From Poseidonia sp. (GTDB lineage: Archaea; Thermoplasmatota; Poseidoniia; Poseidoniales; Poseidoniaceae), in assembly GCA_030827745.1 (NCBI GenBank), contig JAURDW010000004.1, positions 1-53,077 on the forward strand: a DNA stretch of 53,077 nucleotides. The letters are read 5' to 3'. The translations under genes were made by a program, and so were the position numbers. Positions 1-7,605 of this stretch are shown piece after piece (position 1 is the first letter of the stretch; every line of letters begins with the position of its first letter). The notes beneath the pieces are model-generated. The model had not been told where the DNA came from. It did not search any database and saw only the letters and a list, made by a program, of their open reading frames with translations.

Positions 1-705
1 TTCTCCCATTGAGATGAAGACATCGGTGTAAACCACGTGTGCGTCCCGGACTGCTTCAACGGGGTCGGTCGTTCGAACGACCCTGCTTCCGTTGGCCTCG
101 GCAAGAGCTTCGGTTCGCTCAACAACATCTGCAGCCGGCTCATACCCTTCCGGAACAGCATACCGGATATCAATGCCGAGCATGGCGCAAGCCAGCATCA
201 AATCGTGGAGGACGTTGTTTCCGTCGCCCACCCAAGCAACCGTCAGGTCATCAGTATCGCCGTGATGCTCCATGACGGTCATCAAGTCGGCAGCAGCTTG
301 GCAAGGGTGGTGTTTTGCTGAGAGTGCGTTGATCACGGGAACTTCAGCGTGTTCGGCCAGTGCCTCCACGTCTTCGTGGGCAAAGCATCGGTAGGTGATG
401 GCTCCCAAAAAGCGAGACAGAACTTGGGCGGTATCTCCAATGGATTCAGAGGTCCCGAGTTGGATGTCGTTTTTCAATAGGGTCAACGCACTTCCTCCAA
501 GTCGCTGGATGCCTACCTCAAACGATACTCGGGTTCGCGTTGAGGGCTTTTCGTAAATCGATCCGATGGCAAGCGTATCAAGGGGTAGAAAATTGAGCGC
601 CACTTCATCGCCTTGTTTCCACAACCGTTTGAACTCAATTGCCCACTTCAAAATGCCCTCAAAATCTTCCTGAACATCATCAATCGCAAGCAAATGGTTG
701 ACCAT
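1..705 (-). CDS. argF: Ornithine carbamoyltransferase (3' end runs off the window)
   Basis: Manual translation from ATG at 705: MVNHLLAIDD...EKPSTRTRVSFE (carbamoyl-phosphate STRT motif)...NALSAKHHPCQAAAD (HPCQ)...VYTDVFISMGE (SMG loop). Not in the ORF track because it has no stop inside the window. Confidence 0.95.
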   Translation of the reverse strand, partial: MVNHLLAIDDVQEDFEGILKWAIEFKRLWKQGDEVALNFLPLDTLAIGSIYEKPSTRTRVSFEVGIQRLGGSALTLLKNDIQLGTSESIGDTAQVLSRFLGAITYRCFAHEDVEALAEHAEVPVINALSAKHHPCQAAADLMTVMEHHGDTDDLTVAWVGDGNNVLHDLMLACAMLGIDIRYAVPEGYEPAADVVERTEALAEANGSRVVRTTDPVEAVRDAHVVYTDVFISMGE

Positions 706-744
706 GCCGGTACGATGATGAGGCGGCTTCTAAGCGTTGTGCGC

Positions 745-1563
745 TCAATTCTTCTCGTGCTCAATGTCAGCCGCAAAACCATCTCGAGCGTCGCTCATGC
801 CTCCAAACAATGCCTGTGCAAAGGTGAGGATGTCAGCGAGCCCTTCTTCCAGCTCTGAAGAGAGAGGTGTCAGCCCGGGCGCTTGGGAAAACTCTTGCAT
901 CATCCGAAGTTGGTTGATGGCAAACTCGGTTCGCTGCCCCCCAGCTTCGTCGTAAAGCGCCAGTTCAAGAATTTCAAGCCGCTCGGACCATTCCAAGATT
1001 TGCGCCAAGTCATCGGGGTCAAGTAAATCCGATTTTGAGAGGAAATTCTTGGTCGGGAGCCCGAGTCGGAACTCAACGATGGAGGAAAGGAGCATCTGAG
1101 ATACGAATCCTGAGGGCGACCTTGAGAGCATGGGGTCAAAGAGGTAGATAATGGCGGATTGTTCTCGGCCCAACGTCTCAATCAGGTGGTTGCTGGCTTC
1201 ACGGAAGGCGAACAATTCAACTTGACCCGGGGTGTCGACAATCATGATTTCTCCGGAGAGCGTATGGAGTTGGTCCGCCACTTGTCCTGCCTGAGCAGCG
1301 AGAAGGTCAGCAGCGAGGATTTGGGCGCCGTTGGGGCCCAAGTCGTATTCGTCCATCACTTCGGTGAGCGAAATCAAGTCACGAACGTCAAATTCTGCAT
1401 CGTAATGGACCCGTTCAGCACCGGGGTCAAGATTGACAGCGATGACTTCGGTTTCTAAAAATCGAGACCAGCGTTGAAACGCCGTCACCAAGGAAGATTT
1501 TCCCGCTCCAGCGGTGCCCACAACAAAGAGAACGGGAGGGGAACTGTTGTCCATGCCGACCAT
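745..1563 (-). CDS. GPN-loop GTPase (ATP_bind_1 / PAB0955 family)
   Basis: GTAGAGKS P-loop, NLDPG, LGPNGA signature, DTPGQVE, LSKSD. Confidence 0.93.
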   Translation of the reverse strand: MVGMDNSSPPVLFVVGTAGAGKSSLVTAFQRWSRFLETEVIAVNLDPGAERVHYDAEFDVRDLISLTEVMDEYDLGPNGAQILAADLLAAQAGQVADQLHTLSGEIMIVDTPGQVELFAFREASNHLIETLGREQSAIIYLFDPMLSRSPSGFVSQMLLSSIVEFRLGLPTKNFLSKSDLLDPDDLAQILEWSERLEILELALYDEAGGQRTEFAINQLRMMQEFSQAPGLTPLSSELEEGLADILTFAQALFGGMSDARDGFAADIEHEKN

Positions 1564-1717
1564 GGTGGGGCCTTTGGACGACCCTACATCAACCCTCCTT
1601 CTTTGAGGCCCCCATTCCGCCCCGAAACGTGTTTCCCAAAATCATCCGTGGAGAATGGTTATGTGCTCATCATGCGTCCAAGACCATGTCGCACCCGTGC
1701 GAAAGTGAGGAATTGAC

Positions 1718-4405
1718 ATGACCGACGAGAAACCCCCCATGCCACCTGGACTGCCACCAATGCCGCCCATGCCACCCGGTGAAGCCCCTCCGGCACCGCC
1801 CGGGCTTCCACCCATGCCTCCGATGCCTGACGCACCTCCCGCTCCACCCGAGGCCCCGCCCATGCCGCCCATGCCTGACGCACCTGCAGCCGACCCGCTG
1901 ATGGACCCGCTCGCAGCACCCCCGGCTCCGCCCGCTTCCGACATGCTCCTTGTTGACCCCCTTGCTGCTCCACCGGCACCGCCTGCCCCGGACATGCTTG
2001 TCGACCCGCTGGCGCCTGCACCTGCATCAGACCCTCCGCTCCCGGACCTTGCACCGTCGGATTTGACCGGCGTGCAAGCAGGGGCTACCATTCGGAGCCT
2101 ATCAGACGTTGAATCGGTGCTCGGAGACAAACTCGAAGGCACCCTCCACGAAATTGAAAGCACCACGCTGAACGCCGAAGGCGCCATCATCAAGCAGTCG
2201 GTGAAGGGGACCTTGACGGTGAACAATCCCTCTGCCGAAGACCGAATTTACGATATTGATGTGCTTCTGGACAACATTGACGCTACGGACATCGGTGGAG
2301 AGCACGTTTCCGTTGATGAACTTGAACCCTCAAAGAACCACACGATGGCGTACAAGGTCAACGGAAAGCAAATGATGACGCTGCGGGAACGACTTGACAC
2401 AAATCCTTCCCGCGACCAAGAGCGTTCCCTTTCCGTGGCCATCGGTGAAGATCCGGGTTCAATTTCCATGGAACTTGAGGTCGAAAACCTCTCGGACGTT
2501 GCTTTGCATGACGTGGTCGTCACGCGACCCATTCCAGAGGAGATGAACTTTGAGACTGCCGGCGGGGCCGACCTTGATGAGGGGACGCTCACATGGACCG
2601 TTGGTCGCCTCTCGGCCGGCGAGAAGCAAACCTTGTCGCTTGAAGGCACCGTCTCTGTTTCATCCACCAAGGCCATCAAGGCAGGGAAGGCGACTGCCAC
2701 CTATCAGGCGGACGCTACCCTGTCCAACATGAGTTTCCGAGAGCTGGACGCCTTCTGCCGAGGTTTCACGTACATGAAGGTCCGGGAAGACGAGCGCCCC
2801 GACAACTGGAAGTGTCAAGCCATCTTTGAAAACCGCTCTTCGTTCGCAGTGGACCTCACCAAACTTCAAGTTCGCATGAAAGGCTCCGAAGACTTGCTCT
2901 TTGACATCCATGACGTCGACCAAGATGTTTCTCCTAACGGGAAGTGGGAGTCTGATGAGCGGGTCGTGATGGCCCAATCTGAACCCGACTTCACCTACGA
3001 TTTGTCCTACACGGTGCTGCCACGGGCGGTTCAATCCACCGAGGGCAGCATGACGCTTGAGGAAAAGAAATTGGAAGTCCTCGAAGCCGATGTTGTCAAG
3101 AACTACTCAACCACCAGTCTGCGCTCCTACCGTTCCCAAAAATTGACGTCGACCATGACGCTAACCAACAAAGGTTCGGCCGTTATCAACCTCATGCGTA
3201 TCACCGATGACATCCCCGGCCTCTTCGAGGCACCGCTTGGTGAACAATTGACCATCAAATTGGATGGAAAAGCCATCGACGATGACCAATTCAAGGTAGA
3301 AATTTCCGAGGGCATCACGCTTGAGAAAGAACATCGCTCACCTGACGGCAGCGGTCACAGCATGACCCTCACCGTGGGCACGCGCGGCCCGCTCGGCTTG
3401 AAACCTGGAAAATCGATTGAAATCAGTTATCCGTTGACCGCCCCAGACCCCTCTCCAGGGAATGAGCGCGTGGATGCACCTGCACGAATTGAATTCAGTG
3501 CAGAGCGTTTTGGTCCAATTTGCTCCAAAGAACCAGAATCCGCTCCATCTCTGAAAGTTGTTCACAACCGTCGGAACTTCAGCGCGGGCAAACAAGCCAT
3601 CCCGTTGGGTGGGAAGGGGCGTTACGAAGTGCTGATCTTGTTTGAGAACAACGGGGACACGGCTCTGAGCGATCTTTACATCAACGATGTCCTTCCACCC
3701 CAGTTTGAAATCAAAGAATGGGAGATGAAGGGCGGAAATGGCAAGCGAGACGACGTCACCATGACTTCCGAAGAGGGAGAAGGTGGCCTTCACATCGTTT
3801 GGCATGTCCCGAAGGTAGAGAAAGGGGAGCGCCTCGAAGTTTCGTTTGATATCAAAGGAAGCGGTGTCGTTGACGCCGAAGCTTTGAACCGATTCCACGG
3901 CGTTCATTTCGGTGATGAGATTGAATCCGATGATCTCCCTTCCGTTGACGATGCACCTGTTGAGGAAGCAGAAGCGGTCGCTGATGACGCATCAGCAGCG
4001 AACGATGAGGTGGACTCCGAGGACGCAGGTCAAAGCATGAAATTCCGCGAGGACATGCTGCTCAAAGTGATGGAATCCGCAGGCATCGATGCATCCCACC
4101 GAGACGACTTCGTGACCTTTGCGGCCGACTACGACCACGACGACAACGGCTACCTCAAGAAGTCTGAACTTGAAGATGCAGCCGCAGCCTGGAATGCACG
4201 AGATGGCGCCAGCGACGCTGGAGAAGAAGATGCTGAGGCCGATGAAGCCTCAAACAGTGATGGCCAAGAAGAACCTGAGGGCGAACCCGATGCACCCACT
4301 GATGGAGCCGATGCTGCAGAGGAGAAGGCGTGCATGATCTGCTCGACCGCCAACGCTCACGACGCCGCCGTTTGCACTGCTTGTGGTTACACGTTTGAGT
4401 CCTGA
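1718..4405 (+). CDS. 895-aa cytoplasmic multidomain protein: Pro-rich N-terminus, mu-homology-like and Ig-like beta domains, acidic linker, EF-hand, C-terminal zinc ribbon
   Basis: Long ORF with SD-like GAGG upstream; no signal peptide or TM segment; DHDDNGYLKKSE EF loop; CMIC...CTAC; MHD-like segments described in findings. Confidence 0.85.
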   Translation: MTDEKPPMPPGLPPMPPMPPGEAPPAPPGLPPMPPMPDAPPAPPEAPPMPPMPDAPAADPLMDPLAAPPAPPASDMLLVDPLAAPPAPPAPDMLVDPLAPAPASDPPLPDLAPSDLTGVQAGATIRSLSDVESVLGDKLEGTLHEIESTTLNAEGAIIKQSVKGTLTVNNPSAEDRIYDIDVLLDNIDATDIGGEHVSVDELEPSKNHTMAYKVNGKQMMTLRERLDTNPSRDQERSLSVAIGEDPGSISMELEVENLSDVALHDVVVTRPIPEEMNFETAGGADLDEGTLTWTVGRLSAGEKQTLSLEGTVSVSSTKAIKAGKATATYQADATLSNMSFRELDAFCRGFTYMKVREDERPDNWKCQAIFENRSSFAVDLTKLQVRMKGSEDLLFDIHDVDQDVSPNGKWESDERVVMAQSEPDFTYDLSYTVLPRAVQSTEGSMTLEEKKLEVLEADVVKNYSTTSLRSYRSQKLTSTMTLTNKGSAVINLMRITDDIPGLFEAPLGEQLTIKLDGKAIDDDQFKVEISEGITLEKEHRSPDGSGHSMTLTVGTRGPLGLKPGKSIEISYPLTAPDPSPGNERVDAPARIEFSAERFGPICSKEPESAPSLKVVHNRRNFSAGKQAIPLGGKGRYEVLILFENNGDTALSDLYINDVLPPQFEIKEWEMKGGNGKRDDVTMTSEEGEGGLHIVWHVPKVEKGERLEVSFDIKGSGVVDAEALNRFHGVHFGDEIESDDLPSVDDAPVEEAEAVADDASAANDEVDSEDAGQSMKFREDMLLKVMESAGIDASHRDDFVTFAADYDHDDNGYLKKSELEDAAAAWNARDGASDAGEEDAEADEASNSDGQEEPEGEPDAPTDGADAAEEKACMICSTANAHDAAVCTACGYTFES
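1733..2055 (+). repeat. Coding low-complexity repeats (PPMPPMP / APPAPP / DPL units)
   Basis: Imperfect tandem units at both DNA level (e.g. atgcctgacgcacct twice) and protein level. Confidence 0.85.
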
Positions 4406-4444
4406 ACAGACATCGTTACCTTCGTTACTGACGGGGTGCCGAAG

Positions 4445-4864
4445 TTACTCTGGAAGGACCCATTGTGGCCATTCCTCTTGTTCGGGTGAACGGCTCACGA
4501 TGACCAAAACGGGGCGCTGCAGCGATGAGAGGACCTCTTCAAGAGGTCGAACCGTCGACGGAGGCATCATGCCATCCCGCAAATCCACCGCCAGCCAGGC
4601 GTGTGGATATTGAGACTCCCAAGCCTTGAGTTCAGCTTCGATGCCCGACGGAGGGACGCCTTGCCGGAGGCTTGCGATGAAACCCCAATTTACGGGGCAG
4701 GTCCGTTCGTTTTCTGTCCAAAGGAACACTTTGGGTTCAACGGGAAGACGAGCAATCTGCTCGAGGGCTTCCGTCTCCGTTGCGCAAACAGGTTGTCCGG
4801 GCATCGGCATGGGCAACGGGTACCGCCATGTGGTCGAGACCTCAAGCGGTTCTTTTCGTCGCAT
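4445..4864 (-). CDS. Hypothetical protein (139 aa)
   Basis: Fills the gap between neighbouring genes; protein-like Trp/Pro-rich composition; TTCAAACAAG box upstream. Confidence 0.7.
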   Translation of the reverse strand: MRRKEPLEVSTTWRYPLPMPMPGQPVCATETEALEQIARLPVEPKVFLWTENERTCPVNWGFIASLRQGVPPSGIEAELKAWESQYPHAWLAVDLRDGMMPPSTVRPLEEVLSSLQRPVLVIVSRSPEQEEWPQWVLPE

Positions 4865-4970
4865 GTAGCCTTTCCAAGGGGTTGACTTGTTTGAACTTCA
4901 CGGCAGAAGGCATGACAAACCGAGGTGAGGAATGCTAACCTTCATGCCCTACCTTCATTCCCTTTGGTCC

Positions 4971-5879
4971 ATGGCTAACGGCTCATCGCCCCCACCGCCC
5001 CCGCCTCCAAACGGATCGATGGGCATGATGTTGCTGTTCATGATCATGATGACGTTCCTCATCATGACGCCCTCCATTCGGACGTCGCTGGGCAACACGG
5101 CCGACCCCCTCCTCTCGCCGGTGTTGCCCGAGGAGTCGTTTTTTGTCATCACCGTGATGATTCTCGGGATTTTCTCCATGACGTTGAACACGGTCATTCG
5201 GAATCTCTTCGTAGACCCCATGGATCAAGCCCACATCGGGCATCGCCAAGGTCAAGTTCGTCAAATGATGAACGAAGCCCGTCTTTCACGGGACCCCATT
5301 CTTCAAGAAAAGGCCATGACCCTTCAACAACAGATGATGCCTGAACAACTCGAAGTGCAAATGGGCGCCATGAAACCGATGATGTTCACGATGATATTCA
5401 TCATTGGGATTTTTGCCTGGCTAACAACGAAGGTTGAGACGTTCCGCGTGGACTACGTCTCTCTGCCGTGGGCGCCTGAATGGAATTTACTCGAGGGACG
5501 CTTCTTGTTTTTCCCCGCTTGGATCTGCTGTTATATTTGCATGAGTGCAGCCTACGGACGAGCATTGGACCGACACATCAAACTCGCCCGATACAAAACT
5601 CACCCCTTGGTGGTCTCCGGCGACTTGCTGAAGGAGCCTTTGTTGCATCTTGTGGCCACGAAACCCGCCGCAACATCCTCTCAGGCGAAGAAACGCCAAC
5701 AGCGTTCAAAGCGCAGCCAACAACGAAAGAAGGCGGCTCCCTCGAACAGCACTGAGGCACCTACGCCAACGGCTGCAACTGCAGGGGCGTTGGTTTGCCC
5801 GGAGTGTGACGGCGATGTCATTACCCACGACGGCCCGAGGACGAAACGGTGCAACATCTGTTTCCATGAATGGGTGTGA
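4971..5879 (+). CDS. DUF106 / EMC3-TMCO1 (Oxa1 superfamily) membrane protein with C-terminal zinc ribbon
   Basis: TM, Met/Gln-rich coiled coil, MKPMMFTMIFIIGIFAWL, then LPW and W..CY..CMS; position upstream of cmk-cbf5 as is usual in archaea; CPEC...CNIC tail. Start 4971 chosen, 4932 is the alternative. Confidence 0.85.
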   Translation: MANGSSPPPPPPPNGSMGMMLLFMIMMTFLIMTPSIRTSLGNTADPLLSPVLPEESFFVITVMILGIFSMTLNTVIRNLFVDPMDQAHIGHRQGQVRQMMNEARLSRDPILQEKAMTLQQQMMPEQLEVQMGAMKPMMFTMIFIIGIFAWLTTKVETFRVDYVSLPWAPEWNLLEGRFLFFPAWICCYICMSAAYGRALDRHIKLARYKTHPLVVSGDLLKEPLLHLVATKPAATSSQAKKRQQRSKRSQQRKKAAPSNSTEAPTPTAATAGALVCPECDGDVITHDGPRTKRCNICFHEWV

Positions 5880-5881
5880 AC

Positions 5882-6421
5882 ATGGTTCACATCACGGTTT
5901 CAGGGCATCCTGGAAGTGGAACAAGCACGCTTGTTCATGGACTGAAAGAGCGGTTTGGCTGGAAGGCACTGAACGGCGGCGATGTCTTTCGTCAAGAAGC
6001 CAAACGACGCGGCCTGAGTCTTGCAGATTTTGGAGAACTCTGCAAGCAGGAACTCGAGGTTGACCGCCAATTGGATGCGGCGTTGCAGGCGTGCATGGTC
6101 GAGGAAGGCGCTGCTGAAATCGTTGAATCCCGTCTTGCTGGTTGGTGGGCGTACAAGCTCAGCCTCCCCTGCGTTCGCCTGTGGTTGAACGTTACCGACG
6201 AAGAACGGGCCGCTCGGGTTGCCGGTAGGGAGGGCGTTTCTTTGGAGGATGCTCTTGATGCAAACAAGACAAGGTCAGCGGTTGATGCACAAAGGTTTGC
6301 GGCGCTGTACGGTCTTCAACCGGAGGACCCGGAGCCGTACACGCACGTGATTGACGCCACTTCGCTCAATGCAACTGAAATATTAGAGCAGGTCAGCCTC
6401 GTCTTGGAGGACCATGCATGA
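5882..6421 (+). CDS. cmk: Cytidylate kinase, archaeal type
   Basis: ITVSGHPGSGTST, GDVFRQEA, ESRLAGW, RVAGREG, IDATSL. Confidence 0.92.
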   Translation: MVHITVSGHPGSGTSTLVHGLKERFGWKALNGGDVFRQEAKRRGLSLADFGELCKQELEVDRQLDAALQACMVEEGAAEIVESRLAGWWAYKLSLPCVRLWLNVTDEERAARVAGREGVSLEDALDANKTRSAVDAQRFAALYGLQPEDPEPYTHVIDATSLNATEILEQVSLVLEDHA

Positions 6422-7386
6422 CGGAGCACGTGTTGGACAATGCTGCACAGACCGACCCGGCGTTTGGTTGTGCACCAGACGACCGCTCCCTTGACCAATT
6501 GCTGGCTTCAGGCTTCATCTTGCTTGACAAGCCGGCGGGCCCGACCTCGCATCAATTGGCTGCTTGGGCCCGTGATTTGCTTGGCCTGGACCGTTTGGGC
6601 CACGGCGGTACGCTGGATCCGTTTGCGACCGGCGTGTTGCCGTTGATGGCGGGTCGATGCATGAAAATTACCAACAAAATTCTCAAGCATCGCAAATCCT
6701 ACATTGCAGTGTTCCGTTTCAAGACCGTTCCAGATGAGGAAGAGCTTGCCTCCACCATGGCTACCCTCAGCGGGCGCATCTACAACGTGCCACCCGAGGT
6801 GTCGGCCGTCAAGGTTCAAGTTCGAACCCGAACGGTCCATGCATTTGAGCACCTCGACCAAGACGGAAAGGACATGGTGGCTCGCATCACCTGCGATGCA
6901 GGGACCTACATTCGAACCATGGCCAGAGACATGGGTCTGATGCTCAACACTCCGGTTGAACTCAAAGAATTGCGCCGAGAAACATCAGGTCGCTTTGGCC
7001 TTGAGCATTGCGTCACCATGGACCAACTGGCCGATGCTGTTTGGCTCTGGAAAGAATGCGGTCAGGAAGATGCCCTCAAGGCCATGGTCCACCCGACTGA
7101 GAAACTGCTTGTCGATGCACCTCGTTGTCAAATCAAAGACAGCGCCGTCGCCGCTCTCGCACACGGCGCTCCCCTCCTCCGTCCAGGTCTGGTCACCATG
7201 CCGGATGGGGTCAAAAAAGGGAAAGAACTTCTCGTCACCTCCATGAAAGGCGAAGCCGTGGGCTATGTCAAACTCAAAGCTGACGCCCAAGACGTCATTG
7301 CGATGGTCGACGGTGAAGTCGCTCGCCCAAGCATGGTCCTGATGGATACCGAACTTTACCCTCGGCGCTGGCCAACAAAACCTTGA
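6418..7386 (+). CDS. cbf5: H/ACA RNA-guided pseudouridine synthase Cbf5 (TruB family) with PUA domain
   Basis: LDKPAGPTSHQ, GHGGTLDP (catalytic Asp), GTYIRT, ELRR, PUA-like SAVAALAHGAPLLRPG. Confidence 0.95.
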   Translation: MTEHVLDNAAQTDPAFGCAPDDRSLDQLLASGFILLDKPAGPTSHQLAAWARDLLGLDRLGHGGTLDPFATGVLPLMAGRCMKITNKILKHRKSYIAVFRFKTVPDEEELASTMATLSGRIYNVPPEVSAVKVQVRTRTVHAFEHLDQDGKDMVARITCDAGTYIRTMARDMGLMLNTPVELKELRRETSGRFGLEHCVTMDQLADAVWLWKECGQEDALKAMVHPTEKLLVDAPRCQIKDSAVAALAHGAPLLRPGLVTMPDGVKKGKELLVTSMKGEAVGYVKLKADAQDVIAMVDGEVARPSMVLMDTELYPRRWPTKP

Positions 7387-7388
7387 AT

Positions 7389-7454
7389 TCAAGCTTCTAT
7401 GTATTCTTCGTAGATGTATTCGTCCGTTTCAATGCGGATTTTCAATTGAGACAT
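7389..7454 (-). CDS. Candidate 21-aa small protein MSQLKIRIETDEYIYEEYIEA
   Basis: ATG at 7454, TGA at 7391-7389; SD-like GGGAGTGG upstream; CTTTGAGG promoter-like box further upstream; ends 2 nt from the cbf5 stop. Confidence 0.55.
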   Translation of the reverse strand: MSQLKIRIETDEYIYEEYIEA

Positions 7455-7605
7455 GGTTCCCACTCCCGCTTTGTCAACCGAAGTTGAACGGCCCCCACGA
7501 CCTCAAAGCATTCTCTTCTGACACGGTCTGGTTATCAACTTTGAGGGCTGATTTGGCGTTATCCGACAACCGTGGAGGGAAACACCGTCCAACCTTCGGT
7601 AGGAC

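Noticed and set aside
1733-2055. Tandem repeats as a CRISPR array or non-coding VNTR
   Set aside because: They are in-frame, degenerate at third codon positions and encode the Pro-rich tail; there is no constant repeat/spacer structure.
5894-5925. Walker A lacking Lys in cmk (GSGTST) as a sign of inactivation
   Set aside because: GSGT[ST]T variants are common in archaeal cytidylate kinases.
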